Shown here: one piece after another, positions 10,006 through 19,137 of the stretch
Layout of the letters: every line of letters starts with the position of its first letter
Numbering within the stretch: position 1 is the first letter of the stretch
Source: Theionarchaea archaeon
GTDB lineage: Archaea > Methanobacteriota_B > Thermococci > Methanofastidiosales > SZ-28-30
NCBI GenBank assembly: GCA_018992685.1
Contig: JACVGT010000035.1
Span: 1-34,985, forward strand
DNA: 34,985 nt
Direction: 5' to 3'
Program-made: the position numbers and the translations under genes
Notes under the pieces: model-generated
The model's database searches: none
What the model was told of the DNA's origin: nothing
What the model saw: the letters and a program-made list of their open reading frames with translations, nothing else

Positions 10006-11058
10006 TTACAGGGGGAGAATTCTCAACTGTTCATTCACTCCTTTTCCGTTGGTCAATTCCACAGAGTCTCCATTGGTGTACGTGAACGTTCCTTCCATGT
10101 TGATGGGTGCATCCAAGAACAAGACACTCCATCCCGTTGTGTTGTGCATGGTCAGAGGTTCCATTCTCATGGCCTGTGCAATCTTGGGGTAAATTGACAA
10201 TCCAATTTGCATGTCCAGAGTTCCCTTGTCTGTCTGGACAGTGACCTTCTGCCGTGAGGGTATGAATCGGCGGTATGGGGTTAAGTACACCCAGGTTTCA
10301 GGCATGAATCGGATCTCTTTGGTGACGAAGCATTCCTCACCATCAGGCAGACAGATCACACCATCCTCAAAATGGTATGGGGTCCCATCATCTGAAATTG
10401 ATTCACAATGGCATAAGAAAGCGTACAATTGATCAAAGTTTAGGTAGGTCCAGTCCATGGTCCTGATCTTCAAGAATTCCAGTGATCTGATCCAGACATG
10501 TTCAAATACACCTCTCCCCGTGACGTCTATGTCTTTTCCATTGACGGTAATTGTTCCATGAACATCAGACAGTGATTCGATGCCGCTGACAGAAGTTCCT
10601 TCAGTGACGGGGCACTGTCCATCCTTTTTGTTGCCCCACCGGAGTACTGGACCGCGAGGACTAAAGGTCAGATGGGTTCTGAACGTTTCGTCCTCCGAGA
10701 TGATCTTCTGTTCGTCTACACTGCAGACAGCTGCAAGCTTTTCCATTTTTGCAGTAACAGTACCTTTCTCTTCAGTGAAATTAAACGCGCTCTGAGGGAG
10801 GAGTTTTCCAATGCTGATGTGATTCTCAGGTTCCCCAACAGCCTGTGCATCGCCTTCCTGCACGGGAGAAAAGGAATCCTGGCAAAACCCTATGCTGTAA
10901 CCGCTCCCTCCCATGAAGGTTCCTTCAGTGATGGCCATCACCAAGAAGTTGTCTTTCCCTTCACAAGGAAAAGTCACGGCAAAATACCAGTCATTCCAGT
11001 GCATTGGCTGATCCATATGTTTCGGCCTCAGATCGTCCAATTCAATGTGTGTACTCAT
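10006..11058 (-). CDS. Hypothetical protein, AttH/CrtC-like (lipocalin-type double beta-barrel)
   Basis: WNDWYF, GTITVNGKDIDVTGRGVFEHVW and MDWTYLNF motifs; strong RBS GGAGGTGA-N4-ATG at 11058. Confidence 0.55.
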   Translation of the reverse strand: MSTHIELDDLRPKHMDQPMHWNDWYFAVTFPCEGKDNFLVMAITEGTFMGGSGYSIGFCQDSFSPVQEGDAQAVGEPENHISIGKLLPQSAFNFTEEKGTVTAKMEKLAAVCSVDEQKIISEDETFRTHLTFSPRGPVLRWGNKKDGQCPVTEGTSVSGIESLSDVHGTITVNGKDIDVTGRGVFEHVWIRSLEFLKIRTMDWTYLNFDQLYAFLCHCESISDDGTPYHFEDGVICLPDGEECFVTKEIRFMPETWVYLTPYRRFIPSRQKVTVQTDKGTLDMQIGLSIYPKIAQAMRMEPLTMHNTTGWSVLFLDAPINMEGTFTYTNGDSVELTNGKGVNEQLRILPL

Positions 11059-11395
11059 TTTTTCACCTCCTTTCTGCAACGCCGGCACTGGTACGCTTCT
11101 CCTACCTTAAGGTACCTCCACAGGAGGCTGAGCAATCTCTGGCAAAAAAGTCAGGGACAGTAGTTGCAGCTCACGGCATCTGGATACCGCAACTCAATCT
11201 ACACCTCCTTCTGAAGGTTCCATCCTTCATTACCAGTACCTTCGTGTATTCACCAATACAGGAGGAGTTTTAAGTCTTTGCTTTGGAGACGTGGAGTGGC
11301 CTCCAGCAATCGGATTTCAAAGTACGGTACATGCTGCTCGCAGCAGCTCTACCTTCTTTTCAATCCCCCCGTGGGTGACCAGTGACTGCTCGTTC

Positions 11396-14008
11396 TTATC
11401 TTTCACCAATTACAATTAGCTCTCTTTCCAAGAGCCCCACTTCTTTTGCAGAAAGAGTGTCTGCATGCAGAGGGACGATCAGCCGGGAATTATTCAGCAC
11501 AATCGTGTCCTTCAAGTCCCTGAGAAACTTCAGTGCTACCTCGAACCCATTTTGAGTCATCAAGTATTCCATCCCATCCAGTAAGACCACAGACTGTTCG
11601 CTCCTCCTGGTGAAGTTCCTGATAATAAAGATCAATTTGGATAAGTCATTGGGGTCCACCCCTTGTTCCACCTGGGAGCGAGTCAGCCAGACCATGGGAG
11701 TCTTCACTAAGCTGTACTTCCTCTTGATTCTCTCAGGATGAGTTCGCGATATGACAAATCCAGGAATTTCATGGGTAACCAGGTCTACAAAGATTTCAAG
11801 TGATTTCTCTGGTTTCTTCTCCAGGACGACATAGCCTTCTCCCAATTCCAGGCTATACGTGAGATCTGTAGAAAAACTGTCTTCTGCCACTGGTTCTACC
11901 ATCAATCGAGTTCTGTCCACAAAAGCGGCACACATTCCTGCCAGAAGCTCTAAATCTTTCACATCTTCCTCACTCACAATCCTGCGCGTTCTGGGGTTAT
12001 CTGCTGCAATTGCTGCGAACGCTTCATCCCGAACGATAATGGGAACCCATACGAAGGAAGCTGCGTCTGAAGTAACTTGCTTCCCCTGAACCTCGTATGC
12101 ATCTTGAACGTAGACTGTCCTTTTCTCCAGAACGCATTGAACACCAAAGTACTCTGTGCTCATCAAAGAGAGAGACATGTCTCTCGGAGGGGCATCAGTC
12201 CCAGCGCCGTAGTAAAACTTGAGCATCTTTCTAACGGGATCCACCATGAAAATTCCACATCTATCAAATCCCAATCCGCAAATGCTGTCCACCATGGTGA
12301 TAAGCCCTCTCTCCCAGCTTGTCTCTCGCTGCAGCACCTGTTTTGCATTGAGGATAACCTCTGTCCTGTGTGCCTTGTCTGCAATCCTCTTCTCCAAATC
12401 TTTGTTCAAGTTCTGCACTTCCTCATACAGGCGGGAATTCCAGATGGCAGCGGAGACCACCTCGCTCAAAGGTTTCAGTATGTCTATGTCATGTTGGGTG
12501 TACTCCGGCTCCCTCCGAGCTAGATATGCTGCTCCAACACACTGGTCTTCAATAACCAGGGGGAGCAGGATCTCTGATATCGCCCCTTCCTCGTCGAAAG
12601 GCAGACTATCTGTGCTGTGGAAGAGAATACTCTCTCTCGTACTTATGCATTGATTCAAAATTTGCTGGTTGTACAGCAAAGCCATCACTTCAACATTCTC
12701 TTTCAAATTGGTTGAACTGAAGGCAGGATACACCAGGCTCCCATCCTGGGACACAAAGAAAATGATAAATCGATCTGCTCCCACCAGATCCCTGATTGAT
12801 TCTGAAATGTACTCAAAGCGTTTTTCCATATCCATGGTTGAATTAATCCGTTTTGTGGCTTCAAATAGATTTTTGAGCTGAGTTTCACTCCGTTTCCTGT
12901 CAGTGATATCCCTGATGATACTCTGGATTGCGTGAGGAACTTCGTGCCGGTAGAGGAGGAATGCTTCTGCTTCCACCCACACCTGATCGCCGTTCTTCTT
13001 TCTCAGCCTGTATTCGGTAGGAGCGGATTGATACCCCATCTCTTTAATTTCCTGGATGATATTACGGGCCTTGTAAAGATATTCTCGGTCTAGGAGAGCA
13101 GAAAGGGTCAATGACGGGATTTCGTCACAACTATACCCCAGGAGAGACAACATTGTCTGGTTTGCGTCCAGCAGCTGACCTTCAAAGTCATGGACCAACA
13201 CTCCCACCAGACTGCGTTCAAATAGGGAGGTGTATCGAGCTTCGGATTCTCTGAGCGCTTCAGTGGTGTGGTGTTCTTCAGTAACATCTCTGAATGCCAC
13301 TACTGCTCCTGCAGGGCCTGCACTATCGTAATACAGAGGAGCTGCGGTTATTTCCAGATATAGCGTAGTGTCCTCTCTTCTCTGGAGTTCAAGAGATGTG
13401 CAACAGGTGGAAGAACTCTGTGAAAGGGCTTGATGAAGCAAGGGTTCAATGCTGGGATTGCTCTCCACGTGAAGAATGTCTGAGATAGGGGAACCTACTG
13501 CTCGTCCGGATGACCAGCCAGTGAGATGAGAAGCCAGAGCGTTCAGGAAGGTTACGATCCCTGCTGTATCAGTTGTAATGACAGCATAGTTCATGGCAGA
13601 CAGGGTGTTAACCAACCACTGCCTACTCTCCTCAGTCCCTTCCTCACCTTCATGACGTCGTATTGCCCCTTCTATGACGGATTGCAGGTGCTTCTTTTTG
13701 AAAGGAGTCAAGAGGACCGGCTCTGGAAAGAACTTCTGTTCGCATGTCAGGAATACAACAGGAACACCGTATCGAGTACGAAGGGTGGACCCAATGCTTC
13801 TTCCATCTGGTGGCCCTGGAAAGTCAATGTTCACCAGAGCAGCATCACACGAGCCTTTCTTTGCATAGACAAGAGCCTCGCTCCCCGAAGGGGGAATGAG
13901 ACAGGTGTAGCCCAGATCATGCAGAGTCTTTCCGATTTCTGCTGAAGTTTTTTCACATGACTCTACTACGAGTATGGTTTTGCCCGTGAGATCACCCTTC
14001 TTGTTCAA
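11396..14008 (-). CDS. Signal protein: pseudo-receiver-PAS-PAS-GAF-GAF-DUF835
   Basis: REC-like N-terminus; two PAS/PAC units (FLNALASHLTGW..FRDVTE; ANQTMLSLLGYS..IRDITDRK); two GAF-like units (LPLVIEDQCVG; VPIIVRDEAFA); C-terminal ISRTHP..WLT..VVLLDGMEYL..NGF typical of DUF835. Confidence 0.85.
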   Translation of the reverse strand: MNKKGDLTGKTILVVESCEKTSAEIGKTLHDLGYTCLIPPSGSEALVYAKKGSCDAALVNIDFPGPPDGRSIGSTLRTRYGVPVVFLTCEQKFFPEPVLLTPFKKKHLQSVIEGAIRRHEGEEGTEESRQWLVNTLSAMNYAVITTDTAGIVTFLNALASHLTGWSSGRAVGSPISDILHVESNPSIEPLLHQALSQSSSTCCTSLELQRREDTTLYLEITAAPLYYDSAGPAGAVVAFRDVTEEHHTTEALRESEARYTSLFERSLVGVLVHDFEGQLLDANQTMLSLLGYSCDEIPSLTLSALLDREYLYKARNIIQEIKEMGYQSAPTEYRLRKKNGDQVWVEAEAFLLYRHEVPHAIQSIIRDITDRKRSETQLKNLFEATKRINSTMDMEKRFEYISESIRDLVGADRFIIFFVSQDGSLVYPAFSSTNLKENVEVMALLYNQQILNQCISTRESILFHSTDSLPFDEEGAISEILLPLVIEDQCVGAAYLARREPEYTQHDIDILKPLSEVVSAAIWNSRLYEEVQNLNKDLEKRIADKAHRTEVILNAKQVLQRETSWERGLITMVDSICGLGFDRCGIFMVDPVRKMLKFYYGAGTDAPPRDMSLSLMSTEYFGVQCVLEKRTVYVQDAYEVQGKQVTSDAASFVWVPIIVRDEAFAAIAADNPRTRRIVSEEDVKDLELLAGMCAAFVDRTRLMVEPVAEDSFSTDLTYSLELGEGYVVLEKKPEKSLEIFVDLVTHEIPGFVISRTHPERIKRKYSLVKTPMVWLTRSQVEQGVDPNDLSKLIFIIRNFTRRSEQSVVLLDGMEYLMTQNGFEVALKFLRDLKDTIVLNNSRLIVPLHADTLSAKEVGLLERELIVIGER

Positions 14009-14308
14009 AGCTGGAACGCTATTTCAAATTATGTTGCCTTGTCCTGTGGGGCTTCTGAAGAGACAGCAGTAAAAAATCAGGTAATTCTGGAAGAAAACAG
14101 GTACCACGTAATATCGTAAGCCTGAAGAACTCACTAAGTGTTGCGCCCATGATATCTCTCGTCCCTTGTTTCCGCATTCTCTCTTGAAGTGTTTGATTGG
14201 AGTCTCTTCTTGTCATTTTTACAGACACCCAGTATTTATTCGTTTCCTTCTATAAATATTTTTCCAATGAAAAGCAACCGACAACAGGAGAGTGATCAAA
14301 ATGATCCT

Positions 14309-16999
14309 CTACGCAGAGAGAGGTGTGACTCCTCTACGAACGAGCCACTTTCTCACTTCCTCAACACCCAGTATGACAAGAGGCGCAGTCATGATTACCG
14401 GCCACATTTTCCAGTCAACAGGTGCTGTTGTGAAGAACACGTAGAAGATGGGCACATAAACAATTGAAAAAATGAAGGCAGTTTCTACGAGGATTCCTGC
14501 TGTTATCCAGGAGTTGAACCGGGCAATATGACGTAGAGCACTCTGCCTGTTCGTTCTACAGGCATTGACATTCCCAATCTGGCTGAAAACAATGGTGGCC
14601 AGAAATGCTCCCGCTGCTTGACGGTAGAGGGCGTCAGTCTCAGGGAGACGTTGTCCCCATGCCCATCCTCCTCCATACAAGATTATGAAAAACACCATGA
14701 AGGACAAGGCAGCCTCAACAGGACCGATGATGCCATAACTCCTGAAGAATGTTCTCAAGCTCACGAGCCGTTCCTCCCGTCTGCGCGGGGGACGTACCAT
14801 AATGTCATCTTCCGGCGGCTCATTTCCCAGTCCGATGGCAGGCAAAATATCAGTTATCAAATCTATGGACAAAATTTGAATAACTGTTATTGGCAGAGGG
14901 ATGGGGAACAGAACGTACGCAATGAAAGGGACAATTTCGGGTATATTGCTGGTGAGAATATAGGTAATGAACTTTTTGATGTTATCATACACTGCACGTC
15001 CTTCTTGTATAGCTTTCACAATGGTGGCAAAATTGTCGTCCAGCAAAATAATATCTGAAGCCTCCTTGGCCACATCTGTCCCACTCAGCCCCATGGAAAC
15101 GCCAATGTCTGCCCGTTTCAAAGCAGGAGCATCGTTAACTCCGTCACCTGTCACTGCCACCACTTCATCCATGTCCTTTAAAGCATCGACTATCTTCAAT
15201 TTCTGTTCGGGCGCAGTCCGGGCAAAAATGATTTCCTCTTTTTGCAGTTCCTGTATGAGTTGTTCTTTTGTCATTTCAGCTAATTCTTCTCCCTGAATTA
15301 TCCTGGGATCCTTCACGATGCCGAGCTCCCTGGCGATATTTCTTACTGTCTCTGCCTTGTCCCCACTGATTACAATGATCTTGATGCCTGCAGTCTTACA
15401 GGCACTCACAGCATCGGGCACCTCAGGCCTGGGGGGATCAATCATGGCCACAAATCCCACAAAAATCAGGTCCTCAGCCTTATCTGGCAGCTCATCAGCA
15501 AGACTGTAAGCCAGGGCCAGAACCCGGAGACCGTCATCTGCATACCGTTCTGCCGTCTCTGTGAGCTGTCTCTTCTCGGTGGGAGATAGAACTGTCACGG
15601 CTTCATTTTCCTGTACTCGGGTACAGCGTTCAATGATGACCTCGGGAGCTCCCTTGACAGTCATATAAAAGGAGGAATTCTTCTTGTACGTCGTATACAT
15701 GTACTTCTCTTCAGGTGTGAAGGGCTTTCCCCCCACCAGTTCATACAGCCCGCTGAGTTTGTCATACCCGGTGAACTCATCGGCAAACTCTGCCATGGCC
15801 ACCTCAGTGGGGTCTCCTTTGAAGATTTTGTTCCCTCGTTCATCCTGTGCAGTCACGACCTCGTTACACAGTGCCATGACTTCTTCCATGGTATCTGCCG
15901 TGGGGGCTTTCTTGAAGTCCCAGGGTGCTGCAGCAAAGATCTCTTTGAAATCCAGGTACACCCTGTCGACGTGCAGCTTATTCTGGGTCAGGGTTCCTGT
16001 CTTGTCAGTGCAGATAACAGTTGTGGAACCCAGAGTTTCGACAGATAAAATGGTCTTTATGATGGCATTTCTCCGGCCCATCCTGTAGGATGCCTGGGTC
16101 AAAGCCAGGGTGACAGTAGGGAGGAGTCCTTCGGGCACGTTGGCCACGATAATTCCGATGGCAAAAATGAGGTTGGTCCAGAATGTGTTTCCAATGACAA
16201 ATCCTAAAACAAAGAATATGAATCCAATGGCCAGAGCCAAATATGTTATTTTCTTCACAAAGAGCTTCAATTCCTTCTGCATGGGGGTTAAATCACGTTC
16301 AACTGTCTGAGACAATTCACTGATTGAACCAATGTGGGTAGACCTCCCCGTCTTGATCACGAGGATGGTGGCATTTCCTCTCATGACTGTTGAACCAGAA
16401 AAGACTTCGCATGAGAAATCATCATGATTACCAAAAGCAACTTTTTCCACTGGTTCTGACTCCCCTGTTAGTATGGACTCATCCACAAGGAGCTGATTTG
16501 ACGCAATGAGAATCCCATCTGCTGAGATCTTGTCCCCTTCCTGGACCAGCAAAATGTCTCCAGGAACTGTCTCTTTGGCATCCATGAGCTTGCGGTCTCC
16601 GTTCCTGAGTAGTGCCACCTCTTTGGGAATATAGTCCAGAAACGACTGCATAAGCTGTTCCACCTTGTACCGCTGGATGAAAGAAACCGCGGCATTGAGG
16701 ATGACGACACCCAAGAGGGCAGCCCCGATTAGGTTGTATCCTTCCCCTGGCTTGAGGATGTGAGCGAAAAAGGAGAGTATTGAAGAGATGAGAAGAAGGA
16801 TGGGGAACATTCCCTTGAATTCCTCCAATAACATCACGTATGGGGACTTCTTTCGGTGGAAAACCAATTGATTGACGCCATATTTCTTCTTTCTTTCCTG
16901 TGCTTCTGCTGTCGTTAACCCTTTTTCTGAGGAATCAAGCGTTTTGAACAATTCTTCTCTGCTCATTCCCTCATATTCACCAAACTCCATCCCCTCCAT
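14309..16999 (-). CDS. Type II P-type cation-transporting ATPase (P2C/Na,K-ATPase-like)
   Basis: TGES, IVANVPEGL, DKTGTLT, KGAPE, DPPR, GDGVND, YILTSNIPEI, IDLITD. Confidence 0.95.
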   Translation of the reverse strand: MEGMEFGEYEGMSREELFKTLDSSEKGLTTAEAQERKKKYGVNQLVFHRKKSPYVMLLEEFKGMFPILLLISSILSFFAHILKPGEGYNLIGAALLGVVILNAAVSFIQRYKVEQLMQSFLDYIPKEVALLRNGDRKLMDAKETVPGDILLVQEGDKISADGILIASNQLLVDESILTGESEPVEKVAFGNHDDFSCEVFSGSTVMRGNATILVIKTGRSTHIGSISELSQTVERDLTPMQKELKLFVKKITYLALAIGFIFFVLGFVIGNTFWTNLIFAIGIIVANVPEGLLPTVTLALTQASYRMGRRNAIIKTILSVETLGSTTVICTDKTGTLTQNKLHVDRVYLDFKEIFAAAPWDFKKAPTADTMEEVMALCNEVVTAQDERGNKIFKGDPTEVAMAEFADEFTGYDKLSGLYELVGGKPFTPEEKYMYTTYKKNSSFYMTVKGAPEVIIERCTRVQENEAVTVLSPTEKRQLTETAERYADDGLRVLALAYSLADELPDKAEDLIFVGFVAMIDPPRPEVPDAVSACKTAGIKIIVISGDKAETVRNIARELGIVKDPRIIQGEELAEMTKEQLIQELQKEEIIFARTAPEQKLKIVDALKDMDEVVAVTGDGVNDAPALKRADIGVSMGLSGTDVAKEASDIILLDDNFATIVKAIQEGRAVYDNIKKFITYILTSNIPEIVPFIAYVLFPIPLPITVIQILSIDLITDILPAIGLGNEPPEDDIMVRPPRRREERLVSLRTFFRSYGIIGPVEAALSFMVFFIILYGGGWAWGQRLPETDALYRQAAGAFLATIVFSQIGNVNACRTNRQSALRHIARFNSWITAGILVETAFIFSIVYVPIFYVFFTTAPVDWKMWPVIMTAPLVILGVEEVRKWLVRRGVTPLSA

Positions 17000-17244
17000 T
17001 ACGGGTTCCTCCTTTTAAATGTGTGCTGTATGTTTCCCGGGAAGTCTAGCCAGCGTACAGAAGATGGGTTCACCATACAGGTCTGAAGCTCTGATGCAAC
17101 TGGGAGCTCTCAGATTGCCACCAGGAGGAATTTTGGAAGGTAGAAAAGTAACCTTTATAATCCTAATCCCCCTTGAGAGGGGAAGTAACTCCTGCGGGTA
17201 CGATCCGCTGAGACAGGACAGCCAGACAAGAGGTGAAAAGAGGT

Positions 17245-18390
17245 ATGGAAACTCGTATTCTCGGAAAGACCGGGCTCACGGTCGGTATCATCGGGTTGGG
17301 GACTGAATATCTGCGCAGAGCACCACGGGACAGAGTCATGCAGATGGTGGATACAGCGGCAGACCATGGGGTAACCTATGTGGACCTGGTGTTCAACTTT
17401 GCTGACTATCTGGATGCTTTTGCCACGGCACTGGAGGGGCGTAGAGATGAATTCGTGTTGGCTGTGCATCTGGGTTCTGCAGAACGAAAAGGACAGTACG
17501 AGAAAACTCGGAGTCTGAAAAAGTGTGAGAAGGGGTTCCATGAGTCTCTCGCTCGACTCCGCACTGACCACGCAGATATTGTCAATGTTCACTTTGTCAA
17601 GACTCAAAAAGAATATGAACGGGTCAAGAAGAAGGGGATTTTTTCCCTGGCTTCCAGCCTGAAAGAGGAAGGAATGGCTACGTCTGTGGGAATGAGCACG
17701 CATGATACTGCAGTGGCTGTAGACGCTGCAACCAGTGGCCTTGTAGATGTAATAATGATCCAGATAAACCTGGCCAATAATGCCATGCCTCATCGTAATG
17801 AAATGCTGGCATTGTGTGCGAAAGAGAAAGTAGGTGTTGTGGCTATGAAGCCTTTTGCTGGAGGAAAGCTCTTGCAGCAAAACAGGACAGTGAACCTAGC
17901 ACAGCATCAGACAGGTGGCAAAGCTTTGAAAAAGAAAATACCCAAGGTAATCACTCCCACTCACTGCCTGAGTTACATATTATCCCAGGTGGGTGTAACC
18001 ACAGTTGTTCCGGGGGTATCAAGCGCAGGAGAATTTGAGGGCGTTCTTCACTACCTGAAAGCAACAGAGGAAGAGAAGGACTTTTCAGGGCTTTTGGTCG
18101 ATTTTGAAGAGTACGTAACAGGTGATTGTGTCTACTGCAACCACTGTCTGCCCTGTCCTGCAGGAATTGATATTGGTGAGTGCAGCAGGCTCTTAGACAG
18201 AGCAAAGCAGGGCATGACCAGTGAGATGTGGAGAACGTATGAGATGTGTCCTGAGAAAGCATCAGCATGCACTGAATGTGGTTTGTGTGTTCAACGCTGT
18301 CCTTTTGGCGTCGATGTCGTCTCCAGAATGAAAGAGGCAGCCATCCTGTTTGAGGGTCAGAAATCTAACAGATCTAGCACAAATCTGTAG
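17245..18390 (+). CDS. Aldo/keto reductase with C-terminal 4Fe-4S dicluster domain
   Basis: METRILGKTG, SLARLRTDHAD, GMSTH and AMKPFAGG; CVYCNHCLPCP and CTECGLCVQRCP. Confidence 0.9.
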   Translation: METRILGKTGLTVGIIGLGTEYLRRAPRDRVMQMVDTAADHGVTYVDLVFNFADYLDAFATALEGRRDEFVLAVHLGSAERKGQYEKTRSLKKCEKGFHESLARLRTDHADIVNVHFVKTQKEYERVKKKGIFSLASSLKEEGMATSVGMSTHDTAVAVDAATSGLVDVIMIQINLANNAMPHRNEMLALCAKEKVGVVAMKPFAGGKLLQQNRTVNLAQHQTGGKALKKKIPKVITPTHCLSYILSQVGVTTVVPGVSSAGEFEGVLHYLKATEEEKDFSGLLVDFEEYVTGDCVYCNHCLPCPAGIDIGECSRLLDRAKQGMTSEMWRTYEMCPEKASACTECGLCVQRCPFGVDVVSRMKEAAILFEGQKSNRSSTNL

Positions 18391-18414
18391 ATTGTGACGA
18401 TTTGCCCACTTGAA

Positions 18415-18432
18415 AAAAAGAAAGTTATATAA
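18415..18432 (+). promoter_or_regulatory. Strong BRE-TATA promoter with no clear downstream protein gene
   Basis: AAAAAGAAAG followed by TTATATAA (18425-18432). Confidence 0.6.
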
Positions 18433-18452
18433 GCATGGAGAACAATTACATA

Positions 18453-18520
18453 ATGGGAAACACTACAAGTCTCTCATCTTTTGTCTCCCATAGGGACCGG
18501 TCTTCGGACCTGTCCCCCCC
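18453..18520 (+). ncRNA. Candidate small RNA with two tandem hairpins
   Basis: Stem 18453-62/18482-91 (9/10 bp) and stem 18493-502/18507-16 (9/10 bp) capped by C(UUCG)G; begins ~21 nt after the TATA box. Confidence 0.45.
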
Positions 18521-18669
18521 TTGGCGCAACGTTTGCTGGTTTCTGACATGTATTAAAAGAATAATCTCTTTTCTGAATGGCTATTACTGACCAGAAAAGA
18601 GTATATCTAGAATTCGGGCATAGATGATGCCTGGTCACGGCATTCTGGCTGGTTTCGGCCCTAAAACTT

Positions 18670-18912
18670 TTAGATTTTTTTCAGGAATTCCTTGACTTGG
18701 TAATCCCATTCACGAGTTTCAATTTCAATGTCACTGCCCTTCTTCTTGGTCGTAGCATCAATGTGCACATGACCTCCTCCACCTTCGAAGGTAATGCAAC
18801 ACTGACCTTCGTCCTTTATTTGCAGGCCCACACCACCTGGTCCGAAAAAAATCCTCGCTTTCTTGATTACGTCTTCAGCTCCATGGCTGCTTTCCTTCCC
18901 ATAACGGGGCAT
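18670..18912 (-). CDS. Small hypothetical protein (80 aa)
   Basis: RBS GAGGTGA-N4-ATG at 18912 and an upstream TTTATTAA box; globular alpha/beta pattern with FFGPGGVGL and FEGGGGHV. Confidence 0.75.
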   Translation of the reverse strand: MPRYGKESSHGAEDVIKKARIFFGPGGVGLQIKDEGQCCITFEGGGGHVHIDATTKKKGSDIEIETREWDYQVKEFLKKI

Positions 18913-19137
18913 TTCATCACCTCTTCCCTGCGGGTTCACTACGCACACAGGCGTTACATGTAGGTCAATGAGATTAATAAATGTTTTCCCTGGATTCTGG
19001 AAATGATTAAGCCTCCATAGTCCAATCTGGGAAGAAGGAAGCCGACTATTAGCCTATTTTCTGGGACAAAGCATCTATAAATAATGAGCTTTTCATTCTT
19101 CCCACAATCTCATTCCTGAAAAGAAAGGATTGATAAA

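Noticed and set aside
10672-11163. 163-aa plus-strand ORF
   Set aside because: Antisense to the better-supported 10006..11058 gene, which has a strong RBS and family motifs.
14019-14228. 69-aa ORF between a TATA box (~14250) and the DUF835 sensor
   Set aside because: Could be a leader peptide, but has no RBS, homology or compositional support; treated as probable 5' UTR.
17155-17880. 241-aa minus-strand ORF
   Set aside because: Antisense to the aldo/keto reductase and not protein-like.
18435-18590. 51-aa ORF over the two-hairpin element
   Set aside because: The first ATG abuts the TATA box and the peptide has no features; the RNA structure explains the region better, though a leaderless peptide from 18453 is not excluded.
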